Positions 8,691 to 17,854 of a stretch of 64,000 nucleotides of DNA are shown piece after piece. Within the stretch, counting starts at the first letter, position 1, and the number at the start of each line of letters is the position of its first letter. Origin of the DNA: an uncultured Candidatus Berkelbacteria bacterium (GTDB taxonomy: Bacteria; Patescibacteriota; UBA1384; UBA12157); the NCBI GenBank assembly GCA_903877885.1, contig CAIRFN010000011.1, positions 9,281 through 73,280 on the forward strand, read 5' to 3'. Position numbers and translations under genes: made by a program. The notes under the pieces are model-generated. The model saw only the letters and a list, made by a program, of their open reading frames with translations, made no database searches and was not told the origin of the DNA.

Positions 8691-9170
8691 ATGAAATTAA
8701 ACAACATTGCTAAATTCATTATCGCGTTTGGAGTGACTTTTGCCGCTGCCGCGGCTGGTTCATTGGCGACATTTAGCCAAATTCCGACTTGGTATGTAAA
8801 TCTAAATAAAACTAGTTTAACGCCGCCAAATTGGGTTTTTGGGCCGGTTTGGACGACACTTTATATTTTAATGGCTATTGCTATGTACTTAGTTTGGACC
8901 GCGAAAACTAAAAAACCGGAAGCCAAACAAGGTTCGATTTTATTTGTCGAACAATTATTTTTCAATGCCGCTTGGAGTATTGTATTCTTTGGCTTTCATC
9001 AAATTCTATTTGCTTTTGTGATTATCATTGTTCTGTGGCTGACAATTCTAGCTAATATTATTTGGTTTTTTAAAGTTTCTAAATCCGCCGGTTATCTAAT
9101 GCTACCTTACATTGCTTGGGTTAGTTTTGCCTCGATTTTAAACTTTGCTGTATATTTAGCTAACAGATAG
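8691..9170 (+). CDS. tspO: TspO/MBR family tryptophan-rich sensory protein
   Basis: WYVNLNKTSLTPPNWVFGPVWTTLYILMAIAMY signature and five-TM layout. Confidence 0.85.
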   Translation: MKLNNIAKFIIAFGVTFAAAAAGSLATFSQIPTWYVNLNKTSLTPPNWVFGPVWTTLYILMAIAMYLVWTAKTKKPEAKQGSILFVEQLFFNAAWSIVFFGFHQILFAFVIIIVLWLTILANIIWFFKVSKSAGYLMLPYIAWVSFASILNFAVYLANR

Positions 9171-9203
9171 TGATAAAATTAAACTAATCACAAAGGAAGT
9201 TTT

Positions 9204-9386
9204 ATGAACAACAAATTTTATTACAAATGGATGGCGATTGTGGCCGCCGGTCTGATGGTTGTCCACTATCTGATTTTTTGGATTACTAAAACCGACGAAT
9301 CATTCTTTTTCCTAATTGCCATTGCGATTCTGGCGTTGGCAGTGACGACTTGGATTTTCGATTTCTTTGAAAGGCGCAAAAAGTGA
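9204..9386 (+). CDS. Small membrane protein
   Basis: 60 aa with two hydrophobic helices. Its stop overlaps the start of the downstream gene. Confidence 0.35.
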   Translation: MNNKFYYKWMAIVAAGLMVVHYLIFWITKTDESFFFLIAIAILALAVTTWIFDFFERRKK

Positions 9387-10069
9387 AAACGAAAATTGTT
9401 GCTACAATCGGCCCGGCCAGTTTAAATTTTGAGGTACTTAAAAAAATGGTTGAAGCGGGGTTGGCGATTGGACGGATTAACACAAAATATGGTTCGCCAA
9501 AGCAATATAAAGAAATTACCGGAAATTTACGAAAATTGGATCGCCCGGTCATGTTTGATATTAAAGGGACGGACGAAATCGAGTGGCTAACAAATCAAAA
9601 TTTCGATTATTTGGCGGTCAGTTTTGCCGAAACCGCCGAACAAATTAATCAAATTCGACACAGATTTAAAGATCACGACATTAAAATTATTGCCAAAATC
9701 GAAGATCAAAAGGGGATTGATAAACTGGAAGAACTGGCTAGCGCGTCCGATGGGATTATGGTGGCGCGCGGCGATTTGGGCCGCAATATTAAATTGGAAG
9801 ATGTGCCGATTGCTCAAAAATTGATTATCAGAAAATGCAATGAAATGGAAAAAATGGTCATTACGGCCACCGAAATGTTACTGTCGATGACGCACTCCAA
9901 AACGCCCGAGCGGGCCGAAGTTTCCGATGTGGCCAATGCGGTTTTAGATGGCACTGATTATGTTATGCTTTCCGAAGAAACATCACTTGGCGAATTTCCG
10001 GTTGAAGCGGTGGCTGAAATGAATCGCATAATCTTCGAAACCGAAAAAAACGAAAAAAAACTGGACTAA
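9383..10069 (+). CDS. Pyruvate kinase-like protein, minimal A-domain (TIM-barrel) core only
   Basis: PK motifs KIVATIGPAS, MVARGDLG, VITATEMLLSM, RAEVSDVANAVLDGTDYVMLSEET present in PK order. Only 228 aa; the lid (B) domain and the C-terminal regulatory domain are absent. GTG start. Confidence 0.7.
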   Translation: MKTKIVATIGPASLNFEVLKKMVEAGLAIGRINTKYGSPKQYKEITGNLRKLDRPVMFDIKGTDEIEWLTNQNFDYLAVSFAETAEQINQIRHRFKDHDIKIIAKIEDQKGIDKLEELASASDGIMVARGDLGRNIKLEDVPIAQKLIIRKCNEMEKMVITATEMLLSMTHSKTPERAEVSDVANAVLDGTDYVMLSEETSLGEFPVEAVAEMNRIIFETEKNEKKLD

Positions 10070-10129
10070 ATATATCATCTTAATTTTTAATTGGTTTGCT
10101 AAAACCTGCTTTTCTGTTATATTAAAAAC

Positions 10130-11866
10130 ATGTTACTGGATGAAGTTGAGCAAGTTAAACAAAGAATAGATATTGTCGAATTTATTTCGTCGTATTTAAC
10201 TGTGAAAAAGGCGGGCGCCAATTATCGAGCGCTTTGTCCTTTTCATCATGAAAAAACGCCGTCAATGATGATTTCGCCAGATAAACAAATTTTCAAATGC
10301 TTTGGCTGCGCGGCCTCTGGGGACGTAATTTCGTTTCTGATGAAAATGGAAAATTTAAATTTCCGCGAAGCCTTGGAGGTTTTGGCCGCTCGTGCTGGTG
10401 TAGAATTAGTCAAGAAAACGCCGGATCAAATTCAGGCTCATCAAGAAGAAGAAAACCTAAAAGCCAGACTTTATAATTTAAATATGTTGGTGGCCCGGTT
10501 TTGGCAGAAAATTTTACTCGATCATCCGGTTGGCCAAAATGCTTTGGAATATTTGAAATCTCGCGGTTTAACTATTGAAACAATTAAACTTTTTTTACTT
10601 GGTTATGCGCCGGGAAAAATTTCGCTTTTGAAATGGTTGTCGCTTAAAAATTTTACAGAAAATGAAATTCAAGAATCTGGTAGCCCAGATCGATTTTTCA
10701 AACGGATTGTTTTTCCAATTACCAATCCGTTGGGCCAAGTGATTGGTTTTACTGGACGAGCGACCGAATTTGGTCAGGAGCCAAAATATTATAATTCACC
10801 GGAAACCAGTATTTTTCACAAAAGCCGAACGCTTTACAATTTGGAACGAGCTAAAGTTAGTATTCGTCAAAATCAGGCGGTGGTGGTAGTTGAAGGTCAG
10901 ATGGATGTGATTAGTTCTTATCAAGCCGGCGTTGAAAATGTGGTGGCAACTTCGGGCACGGCTTTAACCGTTGATCATTTGCAGATTTTGGGCCGATTTG
11001 TTCAGACAATTATTTTTGCTTTTGATACTGATAATGCTGGACTGACAACTCAAAAAAAAGCTTACGAAATGGCGATTGCTCAAGGCTTGAATGTCAAAAT
11101 GGTGATCATTCCGCCACCTTACAAAGACCCTGGCGAGTTTTCGATTGCTTCGCCTGAATCTTGGCAAAAAGCGGTTCAAAATGCGATTCCGGTGGTCGAT
11201 TGGTATTTTAATTTGGTTTTTGGTCCGAATATCAAAAATACCGATCAGTTAACATCGATCCAGAAAAAAGAAATTGCCAAAGAACTTTTACCGATTATTA
11301 AAAAGATACCAGACAAAATCGAACAAGCTCATTATGTTGGCGTTTTGGCGCGCAAATTAAAAATCGCTGAAGAGGTCATATTTAACAGTTTAAATAATGT
11401 TATCGATAAGAAACCGGACAAAAATAACAAAGAACAGACCGAAAATCAAAAAGCCAAGCTGACTGATGAAGCGATTTTGGTCGGACTTTTGACCTTGGCG
11501 CCAAAAAATATTGAAAAAGCCTCATTAGTAGTTAAGACTGAAGATTTGCCAGAGGATTTGAAACTGCTTTACAGCAAGCTATTAACCTGGTACAATGATA
11601 AAAGAACAGATAAACTGGGTGAGTTTTTGAAATCAAAACTAAAAGATAGCGATTTTCAAAAATTGGAGGGCTTACAAATTGAGCTGGAAAATGACTATCC
11701 GAATATTAACCAAGTCATTGATGATTTGCTGGCCAATTTCCAGGCTCACAAACAAGAAAAAATGAAACAATTCTACGCCGAGGCTATTGCCAAAGCTGAA
11801 GAAGACGGTGACCGGGAAAAATTAAAACAACTGGTTAAGGAGTTTCAAAATGCCATCAGTCAATAA
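10130..11866 (+). CDS. dnaG: DNA primase
   Basis: CHC2 zinc finger ([30 protein letters not shown]) and Toprim region ([19 protein letters not shown]). Classic dnaG-rpoD arrangement. Confidence 0.92.
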   Translation: MLLDEVEQVKQRIDIVEFISSYLTVKKAGANYRALCPFHHEKTPSMMISPDKQIFKCFGCAASGDVISFLMKMENLNFREALEVLAARAGVELVKKTPDQIQAHQEEENLKARLYNLNMLVARFWQKILLDHPVGQNALEYLKSRGLTIETIKLFLLGYAPGKISLLKWLSLKNFTENEIQESGSPDRFFKRIVFPITNPLGQVIGFTGRATEFGQEPKYYNSPETSIFHKSRTLYNLERAKVSIRQNQAVVVVEGQMDVISSYQAGVENVVATSGTALTVDHLQILGRFVQTIIFAFDTDNAGLTTQKKAYEMAIAQGLNVKMVIIPPPYKDPGEFSIASPESWQKAVQNAIPVVDWYFNLVFGPNIKNTDQLTSIQKKEIAKELLPIIKKIPDKIEQAHYVGVLARKLKIAEEVIFNSLNNVIDKKPDKNNKEQTENQKAKLTDEAILVGLLTLAPKNIEKASLVVKTEDLPEDLKLLYSKLLTWYNDKRTDKLGEFLKSKLKDSDFQKLEGLQIELENDYPNINQVIDDLLANFQAHKQEKMKQFYAEAIAKAEEDGDREKLKQLVKEFQNAISQ

Positions 11867-13037
11867 AGAAGCCAAACAATCTCGCGAACGCCAAGCCGTG
11901 GATAGCGCCAAACGCGCTGTTGAAAAAGCGGCTAAAAGCAAAAAACCAAAAAAGAAAATCCGAGAAAACGAAGTTAAATTTCCTGAACCGATTAAATTGC
12001 TTTTAGAAAAAGGCCATTCTCAAGGTTTTGTCACTTATCAAGAAATTACTCAAGCTATGCCTGAACCGGAACGAAATCTCGGTTTAGCCGATGCTTTATT
12101 TGATGAATTTTTAAATTTAGGAATTGATGTGCGCCAAGGTCGCAAACTTTTGGAAATTCCGGGCGAAGAAGAAGTCGAAAAATCCAAAGCCGGTGAGCTC
12201 AAAGATATTTCCGATGATTCGGTTCGAATGTATTTGCGTGAAATTGGTCAAATTCCTTTACTTAGCACTGAAGAGGAAATTCGCTTAGCTAAAAGAATTG
12301 AAGCCGGGGATGAAAATGCCAAACGAAAATTAGCTGAAGCAAACTTACGACTAGTCGTTTCCATTGCCAAAAAATATATCGGTCGGGGATTATCTTTACT
12401 AGATTTGATTCAAGAAGGTAACACCGGACTTTTGCGTGCTGTCGAAAAATTCGATTTCCACAAAGGTTTTAAATTTTCGACTTATGCTACTTGGTGGATT
12501 CGCCAGGCGATTACCCGGGCGATTGCCGATCAGGCTCGCACCATTCGTATTCCGGTTCATATGGTAGAAACGATTAATAAATTAATTCGGGTGCAACGTC
12601 AATTAGTTCAAGATTTGGGCCGCGAACCGCTTCCTGAAGAAATTGCCGCTGAAATGCAAATGCCAGTCGATAAGGTTGAACATATTATTAAAATTTCTCA
12701 AGAAACAGTTTCTTTGGAAGCGCCGGTTGGTGAAGAAGAAGATTCGAAATTGGGCGATTTCATTGAAGACAAAGTTTCGCTTTCGCCGGAAGAAAATGCC
12801 ATTTATCAATTAATGAAAGGTCATGTTGGTGAATCGTTGATTAATTTGGCGCCACGCGAACAGAAAATCTTGAAAATGCGTTTTGGTTTGGAAGAAGGCG
12901 GCCGGACTCACACTTTGGAAGAAGTCGGTAAAGAGTTTGGTGTCACTCGCGAACGTATTCGTCAGATCGAGGCCAAAGCTCTTCAGAAAATGAAGAAAAA
13001 CGAATCCAGCCAAAAATTAAAAGATTATTTAAAGTAA
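11850..13037 (+). CDS. rpoD: RNA polymerase sigma-70 factor
   Basis: Regions 2-4 conserved ([60 protein letters not shown] ... [24 protein letters not shown]). RBS AAGGAG. Start overlaps the dnaG stop. Confidence 0.92.
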   Translation: MPSVNKEAKQSRERQAVDSAKRAVEKAAKSKKPKKKIRENEVKFPEPIKLLLEKGHSQGFVTYQEITQAMPEPERNLGLADALFDEFLNLGIDVRQGRKLLEIPGEEEVEKSKAGELKDISDDSVRMYLREIGQIPLLSTEEEIRLAKRIEAGDENAKRKLAEANLRLVVSIAKKYIGRGLSLLDLIQEGNTGLLRAVEKFDFHKGFKFSTYATWWIRQAITRAIADQARTIRIPVHMVETINKLIRVQRQLVQDLGREPLPEEIAAEMQMPVDKVEHIIKISQETVSLEAPVGEEEDSKLGDFIEDKVSLSPEENAIYQLMKGHVGESLINLAPREQKILKMRFGLEEGGRTHTLEEVGKEFGVTRERIRQIEAKALQKMKKNESSQKLKDYLK

Positions 13038-13045
13038 ATCTCAAA

Positions 13046-13143
13046 TTGTCATTCCAGATCGGACGGATTCCGGATCTGGAATCCAGGATATAATTTAAAC
13101 TGGATTCCCGATGTCGGATTACCATCCGACTCGAGAATGACAA
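13046..13143. repeat. MITE-like palindromic element, copy A (perfect 9-bp terminal inverted repeats TTGTCATTC / GAATGACAA)
   Basis: Starts 9 nt after the rpoD stop. Internal hairpins CCAGATCG..CGGATCTGG and GTCGGAT-tacc-ATCCGAC. Shares its ends and the internal CTGGATYCCCGATGTCGG block with copies at 63113-63242 and, inverted, 58355-58420. Confidence 0.55.
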
Positions 13144-13228
13144 ATTAGATGCGATGCTTTAAAACGCACACACCGGCTAAAGCCGGTGGTATTTTATTTT
13201 AATAAAAAACCGATGCGAGGCATCGGAA

Positions 13229-13897
13229 TTAAACGAGGATAGGTAAGATTTGTAAAATATTTTTCAGAGAATTTTCTTGTGTTTGATTGATGGTAATAAC
13301 TTGATCGAAGTGGAATTTATATTTATCCCAACGCGGATGAAGGTCTGAATTTGGAACAATTTCCGCTGGATCGATTTTGTTGAAATCCAGAATATCATCG
13401 ATATTTTTCCGAAATAAATTGTAGTCTGATTCACATCGATCAGCTAAATTTTCCTTGCTTTCCCATTTCTTATTGGGGTCAAACTCGCGTTCAATAAACC
13501 ACTCAATATTTTTCTTTAGCGGAGTGTTAAAAAACCAGGCGATGACTTTTTCTGCCCCAGCGATATAGAGTCTATTAATCAGATCGACCCGCGTTTCGAC
13601 ATAGCCGGTCCAGTAATCGATTAGGAAAATGCCCTCATTTTGATTAATCGATTCGATTAAAAATTGCCAAAAACATTGCGCTGCATATGGGCCTTCGCCG
13701 CTATATGGATCAAAAGTAAAGTGACCAAAATGTTCATTGAAATAGTCATCGCGGCAGAAGAAGTGAATATCGGGGCGCACTTTGTGAACCGCTTTGCAAA
13801 AATGGGTTTTGCCCGCTCCACGCATGCCGACAGTCAAAATGGCAGTTTTCATTTCGCCCTCCTCAAGTGAAACATCGTTCTCTGAAAAAATTTTCAA
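13229..13897 (-). CDS. P-loop NTPase (putative kinase-type)
   Basis: Walker A GMRGAGKT near the N-terminus. The true start is probably the internal Met (MKTAILTVGMRGAGKTHF). The rest is unassignable. Confidence 0.5.
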   Translation of the reverse strand: MKIFSENDVSLEEGEMKTAILTVGMRGAGKTHFCKAVHKVRPDIHFFCRDDYFNEHFGHFTFDPYSGEGPYAAQCFWQFLIESINQNEGIFLIDYWTGYVETRVDLINRLYIAGAEKVIAWFFNTPLKKNIEWFIEREFDPNKKWESKENLADRCESDYNLFRKNIDDILDFNKIDPAEIVPNSDLHPRWDKYKFHFDQVITINQTQENSLKNILQILPILV

Positions 13898-14291
13898 GGT
13901 AAAATCATTATAGCTTGTTTTAGGGATTAAGTAAAGATTTTGAGTACAAATTTATCGCCAAAAATATGGTTCAAAAAATGAGCTAAATATCGCGCCTTTA
14001 GGTAAAGTTCGCGAAAAAACACTCATTATTTTAACCTGTTATTTGGACGAAAATAAATATCGAGATACAAAAAAGACCACTGTTTGGTCAATTTTTTCTG
14101 GTTTGTCGATAAGTCGAAATTTAAGGCCGCTACTAGGCATCAAGTCTCGCGACAGACTACTATTGACTATTTTTTTACAATATGATATTTTCTAGTTGAG
14201 TTTATTTATACCTTAACAAATATTTCTGACAGCAAAGACGGTTTCGATTAAATTAAATCGAAGACGTTAAGCCGTCAGAAGGAGCAATCTT

Positions 14292-15350
14292 ATGAATAGC
14301 AAAAACGGTATGTCTATTGGCATCGATCTTGACCAAGCATGGCTTGAATATGCCGAGCAAGGTAAGATCATTAATCAGTTTGTGGCTTATTTCGATGACC
14401 CCGCCGGTTGGTGGAAAACTAATGATATTTTGGAAACCGGAGTAGTTATTAAAGAAGGTAAACCGGTATATTATGCTAAAAATATTACTCAAGAAATAAT
14501 TTTCGAAACCAATAAGCCGATAAAAAGTTTGAATCAAAATCTGGAGGCGGTTTTTATGCCTCACCGCCGGCTTCGCGCCACTGCCGCCAATCCAAAGAGT
14601 CCTGGCCCGCAGGCAGCACCGTCGGATGATCCGCTAAAGTGCGGCTTTTATTGCCAAGATCCTGGTCATCAACATAGTCTATTACCAAGAACGCCGTTAG
14701 CCCTTTTGCCGGTTCTTAACCGCCGTTATTGGGCGATTTTCTATAATTTCTCACCTTTTGAAAAAAATGGTCATTTTATGCTCTTGCCGGTCAGGCTCCA
14801 AGGTGTACATATTGTTTTGACTCACTATCTTCAACATATGGAACTTGGTTTTCTTCAAGATGCGATCAGTTTAATTAGAAAATGCCAAAACTTGCTCATT
14901 TTCTTTAATGCTATTGGTGCTGGCGCCAGTCAAAATCATTTTCATTATCAAGCAATTGCTCATCAATTAGGTAGTTTAGCAATTGAACATAGTGACTCTG
15001 ATCATCCGATTCGGTTCATTGATTTTGATATCAACACTCCTGGTCTGGCTGAAATTGTTTTTAAACATATTCAATTCATCAATCAAACTTTTAGCGGTAA
15101 AACCAGTTATAATTTGATTTTTACCAGTCAAAAACTCTATCTTATACCGCGGGAAAAAGATCATGAAGTTTTAAGAGTTAACAATGATTTTATTACCTGT
15201 TTTGGTGCGGTCGAAGTTGCCGGTCGGCTGATTTGCACCGAAGAAAACCAATTTAACAATGTAACCTCCGAACAATACATTGCCGCTCTTAAGACCTTGT
15301 CTATAAGTAAAGAAAAAATCGACTTTATTAAAGCCGAAAGCATTAAATAA
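14292..15350 (+). CDS. HIT-superfamily-like protein with an HxHxQ motif (GalT/Apa2-like nucleotidyltransferase/phosphorylase branch)
   Basis: Motif GAGASQNHFHYQAIAH (H-x-H-x-Q), as in GalT/ATP-adenylyltransferase-type HIT enzymes. RBS GAAGGAG. Functional assignment is tentative. Confidence 0.4.
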   Translation: MNSKNGMSIGIDLDQAWLEYAEQGKIINQFVAYFDDPAGWWKTNDILETGVVIKEGKPVYYAKNITQEIIFETNKPIKSLNQNLEAVFMPHRRLRATAANPKSPGPQAAPSDDPLKCGFYCQDPGHQHSLLPRTPLALLPVLNRRYWAIFYNFSPFEKNGHFMLLPVRLQGVHIVLTHYLQHMELGFLQDAISLIRKCQNLLIFFNAIGAGASQNHFHYQAIAHQLGSLAIEHSDSDHPIRFIDFDINTPGLAEIVFKHIQFINQTFSGKTSYNLIFTSQKLYLIPREKDHEVLRVNNDFITCFGAVEVAGRLICTEENQFNNVTSEQYIAALKTLSISKEKIDFIKAESIK

Positions 15351-15361
15351 ATTATTAATAT

Positions 15362-15392
15362 TACCCGTTAGATTTGATCTACGGGTTTTTTA
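15362..15392 (+). terminator. Rho-independent terminator after the 14292..15350 gene
   Basis: ACCCGTtAGAT-ttg-ATCTaCGGGT hairpin followed by TTTTTT. Confidence 0.5.
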
Positions 15393-15425
15393 TTACAAAA
15401 AAAGACGGCGATAAACCGTATTTTT
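15392..15425 (+). repeat. 34-bp direct repeat, copy 1 (ATTACAAAAAAAGACGGCGATAAACCGTATTTTT)
   Basis: Second copy at 15805-15838 with one mismatch. The two copies flank a roughly 380-bp segment containing an 84-aa minus-strand ORF. Confidence 0.5.
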
Positions 15426-15489
15426 ACAGGTAGCGTAAAATAATTTCAAATCCCAAACATCAGGTCAAAAGAGAATCGTTCTCTGTCTT

Positions 15490-15522
15490 TTTTAAAATAA
15501 AAATCACCCCGGTTGGGGTGAG
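15490..15522 (-). terminator. Rho-independent terminator for the 15526..15780 minus-strand gene
   Basis: TCACCCC-ggtt-GGGGTGA hairpin with an A-run on the plus side, giving a T-run on the minus strand. Confidence 0.45.
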
Positions 15523-15525
15523 TAA

Positions 15526-15780
15526 TTAGCGTTTTTTACCAGACTCAAGACGGTGACGAAGTTCATTTTCAATAGTAGAAATATTTTTACGATTTATTCC
15601 CGTAGAATCAATAGGTGGAATACATAAGTAGTCACATTGAACATACGATTTAAATTCAGTGATCAATTTATCGTCTGACCATCCTTGTACTTCATCGATT
15701 GTCAAAAGCATAGCATTTCTCCTTGCGATAAGATTCATCGGTGATTTACCGAATAAGACAATTATACACTTTGCCATCAA
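15526..15780 (-). CDS. Hypothetical small protein
   Basis: 84-aa ORF bracketed by the 34-bp direct repeats. No motif recognised. Confidence 0.35.
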   Translation of the reverse strand: MMAKCIIVLFGKSPMNLIARRNAMLLTIDEVQGWSDDKLITEFKSYVQCDYLCIPPIDSTGINRKNISTIENELRHRLESGKKR

Positions 15781-15804
15781 ATTGCCAATGGGTTCTCTTT
15801 TGAT

Positions 15805-15838
15805 ATTACAAAAAAAGACGGCGATTAACCGTATTTTT
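15805..15838 (+). repeat. 34-bp direct repeat, copy 2
   Basis: ATTACAAAAAAAGACGGCGATTAACCGTATTTTT. It lies immediately left of the tRNA-end-like 10-mer at 15852. Confidence 0.5.
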
Positions 15839-15958
15839 TGACAATTAGTTGCAAAGCTCCCTCTAGCCGATATATTCAGAACGAAATACTATGATATTAT
15901 TGTTAATTTAGGCAAAGAAATTGAACTATTAAAATTAGATCCTTGCTTCGACTTTTAG

Positions 15959-16144
15959 CTAATTAGTCTCCTGACGTCGCTTTTGGACCATTTCATAATC
16001 TTCTTTGGTCATTGGTTTGTAGATTAGTTCTACAAGCCGAAGCAGTTTTGTGGCCAACTCTAAAGCGTCTTGATCGTTTAGATCTTTTCCGAACTCTTTT
16101 TTGTAAATCGCCTTAAATTTGTCTAGCGATTCTTTTGAAATCAT
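15959..16144 (-). CDS. Hypothetical small protein (divergent from the island operon)
   Basis: 61-aa ORF, predicted all-helical. A 57-bp divergent AT-rich spacer separates it from the 16202 gene. Confidence 0.35.
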   Translation of the reverse strand: MISKESLDKFKAIYKKEFGKDLNDQDALELATKLLRLVELIYKPMTKEDYEMVQKRRQETN

Positions 16145-16201
16145 AAAAATCCTTGTGTAATTACTATTTTACTGATTATATTATAAGAAAGAGTAAATAA
16201 A

Positions 16202-17479
16202 TTGAAAGATGTAATGAATAAACCTCGGAAAATAACAGATGATGAAATTCAATTTCGCAAAAATGATCTTGAACGGAAGTTTAATTATGCTTATAAACAA
16301 ATGGACGAAAAAAGCTTTTTTATTGGTGTTTCTGATTATACGAATGCAATAGAAAAATCAGGCCTATTAAGATATTTAGTCCACATATCCTTGATTGATA
16401 ATCAATTTAAGATAACGAAGCCAATAGATGATTTATCAATTAAGACGGTCGAAGAAACTATGGACACGTTCAACCAACTTATAAAGATTATGAAGGACAA
16501 CAGGATCGATGAAGCGGATTTTCAATATGAAATCGATCAATACCGCGGATATTCAGAAAATAAAATACAAATGTTAAGTGGATTTGGTAATCAAGCAACT
16601 TCTACAGCCGAAACCGTAGCCAGCCTTTGCTGGTCATTACATCAAAAGGGCTATACTGATCTAGTCAAAAAATTTGCGGAATATAGCCGTGACAAGACAA
16701 TGATTGTTGATTTTTCAGTATCTGAATCTAACAAAACTTTGAGTAAAATGATTAAAAGATTAGAGGAATACCAAATATTCGCCTTATGGAGCGATTGGAA
16801 TAAGTTGACGCTAGTTTATGTTTCAATTTACCTAAGCGATGACTTCTCGGTTTCATATAGAGAAAAAAATGAACAAGCTAATCTGCATAACTTTATAGGA
16901 CTTGTCCAGGAAATGAAAGAAATATTAGGAATCAAAAAGCTAGCGCCCTGGTTATCCCAGTATAGATTTTTTAAAATGGAAGAATTTAAACGGTATTTGG
17001 ACCGAATCCATAATCATATCTTATCTGAAATAGATCGTTTTAGTTTGACCAAAAGAATAGAAAAAAAATCAGATAGCTTGATAAAAACCATTGTTATACC
17101 GAAAGAGAACCCTGACTTTTGTTATTTTGATGGCAGAACCTTCAAGCTACAAACATCTGATGGCGGTATAAAAGCAATAAATTTTTCGCCAACTAAAACA
17201 AAGGGTTCTGATACATATTATCTATTCTCGGCGCTGGTCAATATATTAAAGCAAAAAGGTGAAAGAAAAGATAATATTTGGTTTTTTGCAGATATAACAA
17301 TGGAAGAAATAACAAAACGGGTTGCCGAAGAATTTAATGAGAATAAAGACAGAGATTGGGTCAAAAATACCAAATCTAATCTCAAAAAAGTTATTCCTGA
17401 TGATTTGTTGTCTAATTATATTCAAATTTCTAACTACCAATCGAAAGGTTATAGTTTTGGACTAAAGTTGCCAAAATAG
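16202..17479 (+). CDS. Hypothetical protein (island cargo)
   Basis: 425-aa ORF, first gene of the co-directional cassette. No motif recognised. Confidence 0.5.
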   Translation: MKDVMNKPRKITDDEIQFRKNDLERKFNYAYKQMDEKSFFIGVSDYTNAIEKSGLLRYLVHISLIDNQFKITKPIDDLSIKTVEETMDTFNQLIKIMKDNRIDEADFQYEIDQYRGYSENKIQMLSGFGNQATSTAETVASLCWSLHQKGYTDLVKKFAEYSRDKTMIVDFSVSESNKTLSKMIKRLEEYQIFALWSDWNKLTLVYVSIYLSDDFSVSYREKNEQANLHNFIGLVQEMKEILGIKKLAPWLSQYRFFKMEEFKRYLDRIHNHILSEIDRFSLTKRIEKKSDSLIKTIVIPKENPDFCYFDGRTFKLQTSDGGIKAINFSPTKTKGSDTYYLFSALVNILKQKGERKDNIWFFADITMEEITKRVAEEFNENKDRDWVKNTKSNLKKVIPDDLLSNYIQISNYQSKGYSFGLKLPK

Positions 17480-17632
17480 TTTAATTACACCAAAAATACA
17501 CCAGGCGTAGCTTAGGCGTAAAAGAAACTTGTATTTTACAGGTTTCTTTTTTTGTTGCAGGACTATTGACATTGTTTCGGTGTAAAGCCCTGATTTAACT
17601 TGATTTATGCGTAATGCCTAATTAGGTAACAA

Positions 17633-17854
17633 ATGAATAAAGTAAAAGAACCACAACTAAACCCTTACGAAAGGCTTTATGGTAGAAAGCTTTCCGAAGA
17701 TAAGGTGGCCGAGATGAAAACTAATCTCATCGGATTTTTTAGTTTGCTAATCGAAATAGATAGAGAAAATCACATTGTTAACCAAGAAGAAAATAATTTA
17801 ACAAAAGGAGTAAACAATGACCCACAAAAAGAAACTGGACCAGTCCAGTACTAA
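17633..17854 (+). CDS. Hypothetical small protein
   Basis: 73-aa ORF. It overlaps the next gene, which is a pattern of tight coupling in this cassette. Confidence 0.3.
   Translation: MNKVKEPQLNPYERLYGRKLSEDKVAEMKTNLIGFFSLLIEIDRENHIVNQEENNLTKGVNNDPQKETGPVQY

Noticed and set aside
9383-10069. The PK-like ORF as a fragment of a longer frameshifted pyruvate kinase gene
   Set aside because: The upstream (9204..9386) and downstream sequences encode unrelated hydrophobic or intergenic sequence. The missing B and C domains are not found in neighbouring frames. The protein ends with a proper stop, followed by a promoter-like spacer before dnaG.
12603-13143. Minus-strand ORFs inside and after rpoD (12603..12809, 12810..13013, 12943..13143)
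   Set aside because: Antisense to the strongly conserved rpoD. The last one overlaps the palindromic element and is better explained as a non-coding repeat.
14253-14564. 103-aa minus-strand ORF overlapping the start of the HIT-like gene
   Set aside because: Antisense to the 5' end of a longer motif-bearing CDS that has a good RBS; no support of its own.
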